Positions 45,438 through 55,892 are shown, counted from the stretch's first letter. The stretch is DNA of 64,000 nucleotides from Candidatus Hydrogenedentota bacterium (GCA_963745075.1 CAVUWV010000036.1:192001-256000); one strand, 5' to 3'. The notes: a model not told the origin generated them from the letters alone. Numbers and translations are program-made.

Positions 45438-45674
45438 AGACGCGGCTTCCAGCCGCGCCAATTCTCCGCTCTAAACGGCACTACGAAGAACTTCTAACAA
45501 AAGACAGGTGGTCAAATTGTGGTGCGGCCATCCTGGCTGCTTTTTGTCTGGTGGCATGGAGCAGGCAGAGATGCCCGCACCACAACCGTCGGAAAGGTTA
45601 TGGTTTTTGTTAGAAGTGCTAAGTCTGACGAACCGACCGGACCTGAAAAACCAACGCGGCTGGAAACCGCATCT
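45438..45674. repeat. Nested REP-like inverted repeats
   Basis: Outer arms 45438-45457 and 45655-45674; inner arms 45517-45540 and 45561-45585. Confidence 0.65.
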
Positions 45675-45885
45675 GTCTTGTTGGCCCGTTGTAAAGAACG
45701 CTCATACTTGCCGATGTACGAATTCGATAGACACGCACTTGCAGTACAGATTTACACCGATCCAAGATACCACTCGCCCCAGGCGCCAAGACCAGAATCC
45801 GGGCTCCTACGAATACGCAGGTGGCCCAGAAATGCTGGCGCACTTCTTCCTTCGTGTGTTTCGTGGCCGTCGTGGTGAACAATCT

Positions 45886-47139
45886 TCATCGCACGCGATC
45901 CGTGAACGCGGCGTCCCATTTGCCGCGGTGGTAGGCGCTGCTGGAGCCGAGCAGGGCGTACACGGCAATCAGCGTTACCGAACCGAAGATTGCCGTCACC
46001 ACGTAGTAGAACCCGACCGGCCACGGCAGAGCCATGAACAGCAGCACGACACCGAGAAATAGCACGCCTTCAAACAAGACGAAGAAGGTCTCGTCGGTCA
46101 CGATCTGGGCGGCGCTGCAAAGGCCGTGCACGCTCATGGCGGCGAGGACGATGCCCATCGCGTGCAACAGGTCCCACCCATACCACGCGCTGCCGATGGG
46201 GACCATGAGCAACGACGGCACGAACGCCGTCGCCGGATATGCCAAGTACAAGGCGGTCTGCCGCAGCCGCGAGATGGGCATGGAACGAACGGTGTGCACA
46301 TCCAACGCGCGGGTCACGTCGGCGCAACCGACAAACAACAAGGCGAACACCCAGATCCCGTCAACCCGAACGTTTGCGAGTAGATGCGCGACTTCGTTCA
46401 ACACGAGAAAAAGCAGACCCAGACTCACGCCCAGAAACAGGTGCCCGCGCCACATCCAAAGGAATTGCGCCGGCCAGAACCGCGACGGCATCGTGTCCGG
46501 TTCGCGAGAATCCGTAGTCTTGATGCGCGTCAGACGCGCCAATCGGCGGGCGGGGCTCCACGTTGCTTCGCGGGCGACGTAGGAACCGATCGTGACACCG
46601 ATGGACAGGATTAAACCCACCACCATCATGGGCACCCACATCGTTTGGTCCAATGTCATCAGCCAGGCGAACCAGACCCACAACCCCAGGAGGACGAGTT
46701 GCAGGAACTGCTCTTTCACCACGCCCAAGGCCCATGGCGAAGTCATAGCTGCACGGGACGTGTGCTGGAACCCGAGGCTCAGCGACATGCTTGCGGCTGC
46801 GCCCGTTAACAAGACTGCGCGCCGCGTTATCCACGGCCAATTGACGTCAAACCCCACGACGCCGGGCAACAATTGTTGCAACGTGTGCACAGCCGGCATG
46901 GACAATACCGCGAATGCCCAAAACAGCGTCGCGTATGTTTTCGTGGGAACCGGAGTCGCCAACAACGCGCGTGCCCGCTGGTCGAGTGAACGCGAGAGCC
47001 ACCACGTCCCAACGGCGACAATGCCGGCAACCGGCGGAAAGAAGGTTTCCGCGCCAAACGACCCCAGACCGGCGGCCACGCACAGCACAAGTGGAAGCGC
47101 GAAGATCGATAGGAGCCACGCAACAAGGTGTTTATTCAT
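45886..47139 (-). CDS. Multi-TM hypothetical protein, probable ABC permease
   Basis: About 12 TM helices; RSMPISR and LLGSSSAY motifs shared with neighbours. Confidence 0.75.
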   Translation of the reverse strand: MNKHLVAWLLSIFALPLVLCVAAGLGSFGAETFFPPVAGIVAVGTWWLSRSLDQRARALLATPVPTKTYATLFWAFAVLSMPAVHTLQQLLPGVVGFDVNWPWITRRAVLLTGAAASMSLSLGFQHTSRAAMTSPWALGVVKEQFLQLVLLGLWVWFAWLMTLDQTMWVPMMVVGLILSIGVTIGSYVAREATWSPARRLARLTRIKTTDSREPDTMPSRFWPAQFLWMWRGHLFLGVSLGLLFLVLNEVAHLLANVRVDGIWVFALLFVGCADVTRALDVHTVRSMPISRLRQTALYLAYPATAFVPSLLMVPIGSAWYGWDLLHAMGIVLAAMSVHGLCSAAQIVTDETFFVLFEGVLFLGVVLLFMALPWPVGFYYVVTAIFGSVTLIAVYALLGSSSAYHRGKWDAAFTDRVR

Positions 47140-47175
47140 GAAAAGACCACCCGAACCACACGTTTCTTCCGCCGT

Positions 47176-47423
47176 CGGACGCTGAAAGCGTCCCGCAACC
47201 CTAGCCAGGGGCAGAGCGAAGCGCCGCCCCTGGTTAGGGCGACCCCCCTCTTGTGAAAAGCCCTGTAGGGGCGTTGCAACGATTGGACCAAACGAAATCC
47301 TCGATACAGACCTTGCCACGCCCCTACAGGGCTCGGGTCGGAGGAATGCCCCGTTACCAGGGGCTCCGCTTCGCTTTGCCCCTGGCTAGAATTGCGCGGC
47401 GCCTTCAGCGCCGGGATTCGCGT
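47176..47423. repeat. 248-bp nested-palindrome element, copy 1
   Basis: Outer arms of about 58 bp and inner AGCCCTGTAGGGGCG/CGCCCCTACAGGGCT; highly similar to 49509-49756. Confidence 0.85.
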
Positions 47424-47635
47424 CGCTCCTGCGTGCGAACTGCGGTCCTTCCAGTTCGGTCCGTACATTCTCATCAAGAGTTCCTCACCACGAAGTTCAC
47501 GAAACACACGAAGGGAAGATAATGGATACACCGCGCGGGAAAACCGCAACCGGATGTGCGCTCGTCCGCAGATACCGCAGAGTGGCGCAGACGCGCGTGT
47601 CGATGTACATGACGAAGATCCTCCATCACGATCCC

Positions 47636-47728
47636 CGGACTGAAAGTCCACCACAGGACAGTCCAGGGCAGAGCGAAGCGCCGCCCTGGGGCACCGGCAT
47701 CCCCATTCCCACGAGCGCTGAAAGTGCG
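47636..47728. repeat. Partial, degenerate copy of the same element
   Basis: CGGACTGAAAGTCC...CCAGGGCAGAGCGAAGCGCCGCCCTGG. Confidence 0.6.
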
Positions 47729-47943
47729 GAACAGACGCTTTAGTGGTCCACCGATTGCACCGATTCGCGCCGATTTACGAAACACCTCGCCCCAGGATCC
47801 ACGGCGAAAATTCCGGCTCTCGCGAATACGCATGCGCCCCGAAAATCCCTGCGCACTTCTTGCTTCGTGCGCTTCGTGCCTTTCGTGGTGGAAGCGGCAG
47901 TTCCAGAACGCAAGGGTAATCCGTGGTTCAAAGTTCAAAGTGA

Positions 47944-49371
47944 TCATCCCCGTTCGTCCTCTCCCAAGAACGCAATTTGTCGTTGACGGTAGAACGTGCT
48001 GGAGGCTATGAGTTGCCGCGTTCGCCGGTAGGCGCAGGGTAGAATGACAACCAGCGCAACGCCCCACGCTAACATCGCCGAGCCGGCAGTAAACGCGCCC
48101 CATGCGTAGAAGCCCGCGAGCAGCGCGACGCCTGCCAGGACGCCGGCTCCGGTTCGCGGGGACAGAAGGTAGCCGAGTACGGGCACCCATATCAGCAACA
48201 GAAACCACCCCGGTTGAACCGGCACGCCCAGGACCTGCGATAGCAGCAGGGCCACCAGTGCCGCCACCAGTCCGGTCGATACCGCCCCGGCGAGCATGAA
48301 TGTGGCGATGTGTCTCGTCTGCCAGGGCAACATACGAAGTGCACTAAGTCCGGAAAACCAACGGGCAAGTTGACGGGCCGTCAAGAGTACCGTCATGATC
48401 GGAAGCCAGCAGATGATCGCGGTGAAAATGTCCGATTCCATCGCGTTGTAACCGCGAATCCGAAGGAACACACTGAGGAACACCATCGCCAGGACGGGGG
48501 CGCTAAACGCTTGCAATGTATGTCGCACCGCTTCGGAACACAGAAGCTGGAAGTACGACGGTCGTCTGGCATTGAACCTCCTCGGCCGCACGTGTACCGC
48601 GGAGGAAGTCGCAACCGCGACTGTCTTGTGCACGCGCACGCGGCGGGTCAAGAGGCGGTGTGTCGCCCCGCGCGCACTCGCGACCAGAACGACTGCCGCC
48701 AGCACCTCCCCGATCAGGAGTAGCGCCACAGCAAAGCCCGACCATTGAAGTTCGTCGTTCCAAACGATGACCTCGTGATTGATGAAGCAAAGATACCCGC
48801 CGCCAGCCACCGCAGCAAGAAATGCGGCCATGTACTTGATCGCACCGCCTCCGTTCTGCGCGAGGTCTCGCAACCCCGTGGAGGTCGGCGGTCCGAGCGC
48901 CATGGCGGCATGGACCACAATGCTGCACGCCCCGGCGGCGACTATCGTATTGGGTACGACCGCAAGAAGGCGGAACAGTAACGTATCGTCGGAAAGACCC
49001 CCACCCCAAAACATCGCCGGTATGAGGGATCCACAGAGGAAGACCAGCGCGGGCAATACGACCGACTCGTACCACATGGCCCGGGCGATAATGCGAGACG
49101 GGATACCGAGAGCGAGCACCGTGCCAAAGTGTCTTCGGGATACAAGATCGTGCATTACCAGACTGATGCCGACCGTGAGCACAGAAATCGCCCCAATCCA
49201 CAGCCCCGCATTTCGAACCGCACCGCCGAAAAGGACGAAAAGAAATATGTCGCCATACGCTATCGCCAGCATTGGCCAGTTCCAGCGCGCATACTCGAAC
49301 ACCAACGCGCGGACCTGCTGTGTTTCCGTCAGTGCGCGTCTCGTGGTCGATGTTGTCAGGATCTTATCCAT
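47944..49371 (-). CDS. Multi-TM hypothetical protein, probable ABC permease
   Basis: About 12 TM helices; LRMLP and LIASSTFY motifs. Confidence 0.75.
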   Translation of the reverse strand: MDKILTTSTTRRALTETQQVRALVFEYARWNWPMLAIAYGDIFLFVLFGGAVRNAGLWIGAISVLTVGISLVMHDLVSRRHFGTVLALGIPSRIIARAMWYESVVLPALVFLCGSLIPAMFWGGGLSDDTLLFRLLAVVPNTIVAAGACSIVVHAAMALGPPTSTGLRDLAQNGGGAIKYMAAFLAAVAGGGYLCFINHEVIVWNDELQWSGFAVALLLIGEVLAAVVLVASARGATHRLLTRRVRVHKTVAVATSSAVHVRPRRFNARRPSYFQLLCSEAVRHTLQAFSAPVLAMVFLSVFLRIRGYNAMESDIFTAIICWLPIMTVLLTARQLARWFSGLSALRMLPWQTRHIATFMLAGAVSTGLVAALVALLLSQVLGVPVQPGWFLLLIWVPVLGYLLSPRTGAGVLAGVALLAGFYAWGAFTAGSAMLAWGVALVVILPCAYRRTRQLIASSTFYRQRQIAFLGEDERG

Positions 49372-49508
49372 GTTTCAGCTTCATCGTTCCTTTGTTGCAC
49401 TCTTCGCGCCGTAAAGTTGATGTACGCGGCGGTATGGCCAATTCAACGAGTTTCACCTCGAAGGACACGAAACTCACGAAGGAACTTCCGAGAACCGTGT
49501 TCCCCCGC

Positions 49509-49756
49509 CGGACGCTGAAAGCGTCCCGCAACCCTAGCCAGGGACAAAGCGAAGCGGCGCCCCTGGTCGAGGCGTTTCCCCTCTTGTGAAAAGCCCTGAA
49601 GGGGCGCTGCAAGAAACCGCGTACACACAAATCGGGAACAAGACATCGCGTCGCCCTTACAGGGCTCCACATCGGGGAAGGTCCTGGTACCAGGGGCGGC
49701 GCTTCGCTTTGCCCCTGGCTAGAATTGCGCGGCGCCTTCAGCGCCGGGATTCGCGT
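49509..49756. repeat. 248-bp nested-palindrome element, copy 2
   Basis: Same ends (CGGACGCTGAAAGCGTCCCGCAACCCTAGCCAGGG ... GCCTTCAGCGCCGGGATTCGCGT) and same length as copy 1. Confidence 0.85.
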
Positions 49757-49967
49757 TGGCGCCACGTCAGCGCAAGAACCGCCCGCCACTCGCCCGGCAC
49801 CGATTCCGCCCACCACGAAAGACACGAAACGCACGGAGAGAAAACAAGGGAAGCTACCAGGCAATCTTCCTTCGTGTCCTTCGCGGTGCACCGTATCCGC
49901 GCACATCCGTCGCATCCGTGTCATCGGCGTTCTATCACCTTCCGTATTGCGCTCACAGTGGGCGTAA

Positions 49968-51296
49968 TCAGATCCAATCGGCATCGTAACTTTCATAAGG
50001 AATTCTCCGCGGATAAAGCGCGTCGCTCCGGTCGATTGAGCGATAAAGGAACCCATAAGCCACACCCAGGGCTGCGAGCGAAATTGCTGCGACCCCCGCA
50101 GCAACATTAGGTTCGATCTGGATCTTGATTGCGAATATGAACAAACCAAGAAAGCCGAACCATAGCGGAAACTGACACCAAACACGGGCGAACCGCGTGG
50201 TGGCCGCGATGTAGGCACAATGCAGACTGAACGCGGCGAGAAAGGCGACGACGGAGCGCGGTGCGTTCCAGCCCAAGACTACCTGGGTCGATAGTAATAC
50301 GATCAGCGAAGGCACGAACAGGATTATCGGGTTACCGAACAGCATCAGCACGTGGCCGTGTCGTGATACCGGAAGAGCGCGCAGGACTCGATTGTCCAAC
50401 GGCATCGTCGTGCGCACGTACCTGAAGCCCAAAGCGAGGATCAGTGGCCCGAGGAGTCCCGCTACTTTGAAGCGGGCATCACCTGTCCAATAAGGGTAGA
50501 CCAAACAGCCGACCGTGGTTGTCACCATCAGACTGTAGACCAGCGGACTGTACCAGCGGGCGATTGGAAGCGCCGGTCTAGCACCCGCGAGGATGTGTTG
50601 GAATCGCGGTCGTCTCGTGGAAGGCGCGCGCGCTTCTACGCTCGGGTACCAGGTATGGTCACAGTAACGATATGAGAGCATCATCAGCGCCGCGGACCAC
50701 GCGAGCAGAATGAAGACGAAGGCATTGGGCCGCGAAGCGAGGATACGCCGCCAACACACCGCCGCCGAGGACGAGAACGGGGAGAACCATCCCGCCATCT
50801 TCGCGGCCGCGCGGATGAACCGTTGCCGTCTGTCTCTGTAAACCGAACGGTTCGCTTTGCCGGTAGCGTATAGCGAAGCGGCCGCCGCGCACCCCATTGC
50901 AAAGACCCATTGGCACGCCAGAATCCAAAGAATCGTCGGCACCGTGTAGGTGAGTTCGCGCCGAGTCAATAGCAACCCAATACCAACACCGACTCCGCAA
51001 AATGTCGGCGGCCCCACAACGGCCAACCACCACAGAGAACGCGCAAAACGCTTCCGGTCGAGCGGAAGCGAGCCTAGAGCATGAGCCGTGTCTCCCCAAA
51101 CCAGGTCCAAGACTACGTTTTGGGTTAAGAGAACCGTAGCCCCGAAGGCAAGCGGCGAAACGAACAAGACGTAGTAGTCCGCACCGCTATCGCCCATATC
51201 AGAGGTAAAGAAGAGCGTCAGCCACCCGACCGCGAACGATAGGGCGTACGTCACGACCGGACTCTTCAAGACAAACCTGTAGACCGCGCGATTCAC
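49968..51296 (-). CDS. Multi-TM hypothetical protein, probable ABC permease
   Basis: Many TM helices; SLPLDR, LRALPVSR, IDRSDALY; directly after the ABC ATPase. Confidence 0.75.
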   Translation of the reverse strand: MNRAVYRFVLKSPVVTYALSFAVGWLTLFFTSDMGDSGADYYVLFVSPLAFGATVLLTQNVVLDLVWGDTAHALGSLPLDRKRFARSLWWLAVVGPPTFCGVGVGIGLLLTRRELTYTVPTILWILACQWVFAMGCAAAASLYATGKANRSVYRDRRQRFIRAAAKMAGWFSPFSSSAAVCWRRILASRPNAFVFILLAWSAALMMLSYRYCDHTWYPSVEARAPSTRRPRFQHILAGARPALPIARWYSPLVYSLMVTTTVGCLVYPYWTGDARFKVAGLLGPLILALGFRYVRTTMPLDNRVLRALPVSRHGHVLMLFGNPIILFVPSLIVLLSTQVVLGWNAPRSVVAFLAAFSLHCAYIAATTRFARVWCQFPLWFGFLGLFIFAIKIQIEPNVAAGVAAISLAALGVAYGFLYRSIDRSDALYPRRIPYESYDADWI

Positions 51297-51299
51297 CGT

Positions 51300-52185
51300 C
51301 TACCGGTCCTTCACCAGCCCTACGAACAATTCCTCCAACGTCACCGGCGTCGTCGTGATATCCGTCAAGCCCTGGGCTTCGAGCGCCTCCAGCGGGTGGC
51401 GCGTGTTGTCGACGAGGAGACGCCAGCGGTCGCCTTCGTGGTGTTGGACGATTAGGCCGTCCGTCGGCTTCGGCTGTTGGCCGTTGGGCGAGAGGCAGTC
51501 GACCATGCGGTAGCGTTCGACGAGTTCGGCGGTGGACCCTTCTTCGAGGAGTTTGCCGTTGATCGATGATGCCGATGTGATCGGTGAACCGTTGGAGGTC
51601 GTCGAGGTTGTGGGACGAGATGAGCACGGTGCGTTCTTCGTCCTGGACGGCGTCGAGTAGTTCGGTGAAGAGGTCCTTCTTCGAGATGGCGTCCAGCCCG
51701 GCCGTCGGTTCGTCGAGGAGGAGCAACGCGGGCCGGTGGGCCAGCGCGACGATGAGGGCGAGTTTCGTGCGCGACCCGTAGGACAACGTGGCGATCTTGT
51801 CCGTCCACCCGATCTTCAGGCGGTCCAGCAGTTCCGTGCAGTAGTCGTCGTCCCAGTCCGCATAGAACGCGCGGATGAATCCGATGAGCCGCCGCACCGT
51901 GCCCCACGCGTTGAAGTTGAGGTCCGGGCTGACGTAGCCGGTGCGCTTCTTCATCTCGACCTCGTCGCGGATGTGGTCGAACCCGAACACCGCAATCTCG
52001 CCGGCCTCCTTCGCGCCCATGCCCATGATGAGGTCGATGGTCGTCGTCTTCCCCGCGCCGTTCGCGCCGATGAGCCCGTAGATGGCGCCCTTCGGCACGT
52101 TCAGGTCCAGCGGACCAAGGTGGAAGCCCGGGAAGGTCTTCTCCAACCCGCGGATGCGGATTGCTTCAGCGGTCTCTACCAACAT
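51300..52185 (-). CDS. ABC transporter ATP-binding protein (YtrB-like); frameshift near 51565
   Basis: GANGAGKTT, LSYG, LLLDEPTAGLD, SSH; C-terminal TLEELF in a second frame. Confidence 0.9.
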
Positions 52186-52209
52186 CTTTGCCTCCCTTCC
52201 TGTTTGAAT

Positions 52210-52453
52210 TCGAAATCCGAATATCGAAATCCGAAACAAATTCGAATGTTTTAATCGAGGAGTTGCTGGGGCACGGGCGTCCCGCCCGTTGATGCTTGAA
52301 CTCCACGGGCGGGACGCCCGTGCCCCATTGTTCCCCCATTCAAGGATTCTGGCAACGCCCGGGGAGACGGGTCACCCAACATCTAAGTCTGCTGGTTTCG
52401 CTCATTTGAATTTGGAGTCCTTTGAATTTGTCTCGGATTTCGTGCTTCGGATT
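52210..52453. repeat. Inverted heptamer-like arms enclosing a perfect 23-bp inverted repeat
   Basis: CGAAATC/CGAATAT run at 52210-52250, mirrored at 52421-52453; TGGGGCACGGGCGTCCCGCCCGT (52267-52289) and its reverse complement (52305-52327). Confidence 0.7.
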
Positions 52454-52462
52454 TGTCTCCCG

Positions 52463-52894
52463 CTATTGCTTCCCTGCTGGGTTCGCCAGCGCTTCCGGTT
52501 GGTCCAGAAGCCGGTACACCAACTTCAACAACTCCTCGTCGGTCATGCCGGCTTCGCGGCCTTCGCGGAGAGCCTCCGCGATGAGCGCGGCGGCTTGCGC
52601 ACGTTTGGCCTCCCGGCTGCGGGCCGCGCCTTCCTCCGACACAAACGTACCGAGCCCCTGCTTGCGATAGATGATCCCCTCGCGCTCCAGTTCCTCGTAA
52701 GCGCGCTTCACCGTGATTAGACTCACGAGCAACTGTTCCGCCAAGGCCCGGAACGACGGCAGCGGTGCCCCCGGCGCCAGCCGCCCCTCGCTGATCTCCC
52801 GCTTCACCCCGTCCACGATCTGCTGATACAACGGACCCGGCGCCGCCGCCGAAATGGGACGCAGGAGGAGTTTTTTGTGCGGTTCGTTGGCCAT
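52463..52894 (-). CDS. GntR family regulator, YtrA subfamily
   Basis: PLYQQI, LPSFRALA, TVKRAYEELEREG, GLGTFV; short C-terminus; upstream of an ABC ATPase. Confidence 0.92.
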   Translation of the reverse strand: MANEPHKKLLLRPISAAAPGPLYQQIVDGVKREISEGRLAPGAPLPSFRALAEQLLVSLITVKRAYEELEREGIIYRKQGLGTFVSEEGAARSREAKRAQAAALIAEALREGREAGMTDEELLKLVYRLLDQPEALANPAGKQ

Positions 52895-52897
52895 CAA

Positions 52898-52920
52898 GTG
52901 TATATATAGCATATATACAC
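52898..52920. promoter_or_regulatory. YtrA-type operator
   Basis: Perfect palindrome GTGTATATAT-AGC-ATATATACAC immediately upstream of the GntR start. Confidence 0.8.
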
Positions 52921-53141
52921 CATGCTGTCTAGAGGTTTTTCAGAGTAACCTCACCGCGAAGCCCGCCACGCACGACTTGGACAGGACCGCACTACCCCCC
53001 ATCTCGTACTCGTGCTCGTACTCGTAATCGACACTCAACGCAAAGACGTCAAGTCGCAGGGACGCAAGGAGATACAATAGAAAGATGTGAAGGTCTGGAG
53101 ATTGATTCAGGCGAGCAGAAGACCTGGATGAGAGGAAGAAA

Positions 53142-55631
53142 TCACGACCCTGCGGGCACGAAGTGCAGCTCATGCTCCTTGGACGCTTCGATGTCTTTGT
53201 CCCGCATGAGGGCGTGGCGATACTCGCCCTTCATGAAGCGCTCGGCCTGATCGCCGTAGTGGGGGCTCATGAAATTGCCGGAATTCCCTGTGGGCAGGAT
53301 GGTCAGCGAGTCCTGGGGCGAGGCGAAGTCGATGAGGCGGCGTGTGGACGGCCCCGCGATCACGTGATAATCGTCCTGGGCGTAGTCGTAGAGCATATTG
53401 TTCAGCACCTGTGCCGCGCCCGGCGACGGATACGGACCCAAATTAAAAATACGGTCCAGCACCGGGAAATAGCCGAAAGGATGTTTGAACGTCATCGTGT
53501 GCGCCCGGCCCCAGGTCCACCGGGCCGTGTCCTGGCCGTATTTGCGCGCGAGCGAGTTCGTCATGTCCTGGAATGCGGCGATGACGATCTGCTGCCGCGT
53601 TTCCTTCCCCGGCGTGTTGATGTCGTCCCAGAACGGCGATGCGTCGTCTCCCACGAAGTGCTTGAAGAAATCCCAATGGTCGGCCAGCGTGCAGTAGATG
53701 GCGAAAAGGTCGGTGCCCATTTCATCCTCGAGGGCATGATGCAACACCGCGCCGCACAGGTGCTCGTAGATTGTCGCGCCGGTCGACTCGATGTTATGCC
53801 GGTAATCCCAGGACTCGAGCTGGTCGAGCACGTCGATTTCCTGCGCCGTCAACAGCACGCGCTGCGCGTCCAGCACCTTCACCAGCTTCGCGACCACGTC
53901 CGGCGTGGCGTAGCCGGTGGTGTCGAACTGCACCGCCTTCAAGTCGTCGATGGTCCAGTCCGAACGGGCGCTGACCAACTGCTCGATCCGCCCCGCGCGA
54001 TCCGTCGGCTGCCAGTAGCCTTTGATGTCCTTCACGGGTCCGAGCGGTTTGACCGTCGGTTTGTTGTTCGCCGTGGCGATGAACCCGCATTCCGGATTCT
54101 TGAGGTGCGGGTTCTGTTCGAAGGGCAGATAGCCGAGCACGTCGTCCTTACCCGACGCGCCGTCCAGCATCTGCTTGCTGTTGACCCCGTCCGGCCGGAT
54201 GGGAATCTTTCCCGCCGCCCACCACGCGATGTTCCCTTCACGGTCGGCGTAACTGATGTTCAACCCCGGCGACGTGATCAGCGGCATCGCCGCCGCGAAT
54301 TCGTCGTAGGTGCGCGCGTGGCCCATCCGGTAGAACGCGACGATGTCCGTATACGGCAGGTGCTGCCAGATCCAGGACAAGGCGACCGGCGCCTCGTCGT
54401 AACCATGGTACGCGCGCAAGAAATCGTTCAGGATCGGCCCGTGCGGCGTCACGCGGACTTCGCATTGCACGTCGTCGGCGAACCGCACCTTGATCGTCTC
54501 TATCGCCGTTTCCACGTCCACCCACTGGCCCTTGTACATGACCTTCGTGGGGTCGTTGGGATCGAATCGTTCGACGTAGAAGTCCGTGTCGTCATGGGCC
54601 ATCATCGTCAGCCCCCAGGCCCGGTCCGCGTTGTGTCCCAGCAACGGGATTGGAATCGGCGGCAGGTGAAACCCGTAGTTCTCGAAATCGCCGTACTTCA
54701 GGTGTGCCTCATACCAAATGCTCGGGTTGGTGAACGCGATGTGAGGATCGTTCGCGAGGATGGCCCGGCCCGACTTCGTCCGCGACGGCGCCAGGACCCA
54801 ACTGTTGCTGCCCATGAACGGAGCGAATTGATTCGCGATGCCTCCGAAGACGTCCAGCCAATCCTTTACGACACCAAGCGACGCTTCGTAGCGTTCCACT
54901 TCGGTGTTGTCCGGTTCCGGGGGATGGGCATCCAGGTACGCGCGCGCTTCCTCCAGCGTCTCCATGATCGTCACCGGCGTTTCGAGGGTGTACCCCGGAA
55001 ACAGTGCGTCGATATCCATATCGGGATGCTTCTGTTTCAACATCGTGACCAGGGGATCGCCGCGAATGCCGTCGGCAAAGGTAATCGGCAGGATGGCCGC
55101 AACCGAGAGACAGTCTACTTTCGTAAAGGGGCGCACGTGGTCCCCGAGTACGACCAGTTCGAAAGGAATCGGACCGTCCTTGATGAAGGCGTTGATACCG
55201 GCGACAAAGGCGTCCGTGAGCGCCACCAGTTCCGGCGGGTTTGTGCTGGGGTCCTCGAAATAGGCTTCCGCCTTGGCCCGCAGCCGGAACGCCCGCACGG
55301 CCCGGTCGATCTTCACGGCCGGCGGCCCCGCCACTTCCGCGAGTTCGCCGCGCGCCAGGCGCCGCATCAGTTCCATCTGGACCAACCGGTCCTGGGCCAT
55401 GCAATAGCCGAGGGCGAAATAGGCGTCCGGTTCGTTCTGGGCCGTGATATGCGGCACCCCCGCTTCGTCCCGGATTACGCGCACCTCATCGCGGAGCGAT
55501 GCATTCTCGATAGTGCCGTCGAGTCTAGGAAGCCGCGTCTGGGCAAGGTACACCAGCGTCCCCGCTCCGGCCGCCACTGCCAGCAGCACGAAAACCGCGC
55601 AAACCTTCGCCAGGCGCTTGAAAAATTTCAT
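53142..55631 (-). CDS. Penicillin acylase family (Ntn hydrolase)
   Basis: RDEAGVPHI, AQDRL.QM, GSNSW, LANDPH, TPHGP, NISYAD, GNSG. Confidence 0.93.
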   Translation of the reverse strand: MKFFKRLAKVCAVFVLLAVAAGAGTLVYLAQTRLPRLDGTIENASLRDEVRVIRDEAGVPHITAQNEPDAYFALGYCMAQDRLVQMELMRRLARGELAEVAGPPAVKIDRAVRAFRLRAKAEAYFEDPSTNPPELVALTDAFVAGINAFIKDGPIPFELVVLGDHVRPFTKVDCLSVAAILPITFADGIRGDPLVTMLKQKHPDMDIDALFPGYTLETPVTIMETLEEARAYLDAHPPEPDNTEVERYEASLGVVKDWLDVFGGIANQFAPFMGSNSWVLAPSRTKSGRAILANDPHIAFTNPSIWYEAHLKYGDFENYGFHLPPIPIPLLGHNADRAWGLTMMAHDDTDFYVERFDPNDPTKVMYKGQWVDVETAIETIKVRFADDVQCEVRVTPHGPILNDFLRAYHGYDEAPVALSWIWQHLPYTDIVAFYRMGHARTYDEFAAAMPLITSPGLNISYADREGNIAWWAAGKIPIRPDGVNSKQMLDGASGKDDVLGYLPFEQNPHLKNPECGFIATANNKPTVKPLGPVKDIKGYWQPTDRAGRIEQLVSARSDWTIDDLKAVQFDTTGYATPDVVAKLVKVLDAQRVLLTAQEIDVLDQLESWDYRHNIESTGATIYEHLCGAVLHHALEDEMGTDLFAIYCTLADHWDFFKHFVGDDASPFWDDINTPGKETRQQIVIAAFQDMTNSLARKYGQDTARWTWGRAHTMTFKHPFGYFPVLDRIFNLGPYPSPGAAQVLNNMLYDYAQDDYHVIAGPSTRRLIDFASPQDSLTILPTGNSGNFMSPHYGDQAERFMKGEYRHALMRDKDIEASKEHELHFVPAGS

Positions 55632-55723
55632 GAAACGATCCGTCCCCAACTCGACCACACGCCAATGTAGCATATTTCCGGCCGGATCGAGATCCTTAAT
55701 GCGTTTAGATATTGGAATAATGC

Positions 55724-55892
55724 AAGAAACATCCCCCTCGATCCCCCTTCAAAGGGGGAATTGGGCGCAACGCTTCGCGTTGCATTTGGGACGAACGACG
55801 ACTTCGTCTCAACGCGAGTGACAACATCCACCACCACGAATGGGGCTATGCACACTTCCCCCTTTGAAGGGGGATCAAGGGAGATGTTTCTT
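55724..55892. repeat. REP-like inverted repeat
   Basis: About 37-bp arms with an internal palindrome (CCCCCTTCAAAGGGGG / CCCCCTTTGAAGGGGG). Confidence 0.75.

Noticed and set aside
47176..49890. CRISPR array
   Set aside because: No regularly spaced short direct repeats with unique spacers, and no cas genes.
45886..51296. Integron cassette array
   Set aside because: No integrase; the repeats lack clear attC RYYYAAC/GTTRRRY ends; the genes look like paralogs in an ABC operon.
53163..55670. 835-aa plus-strand ORF
   Set aside because: Antisense shadow of the penicillin acylase, expected from high-GC codon bias. The same applies to other long antisense ORFs such as 35170-36408, 25894-27090 and 60956-62203.
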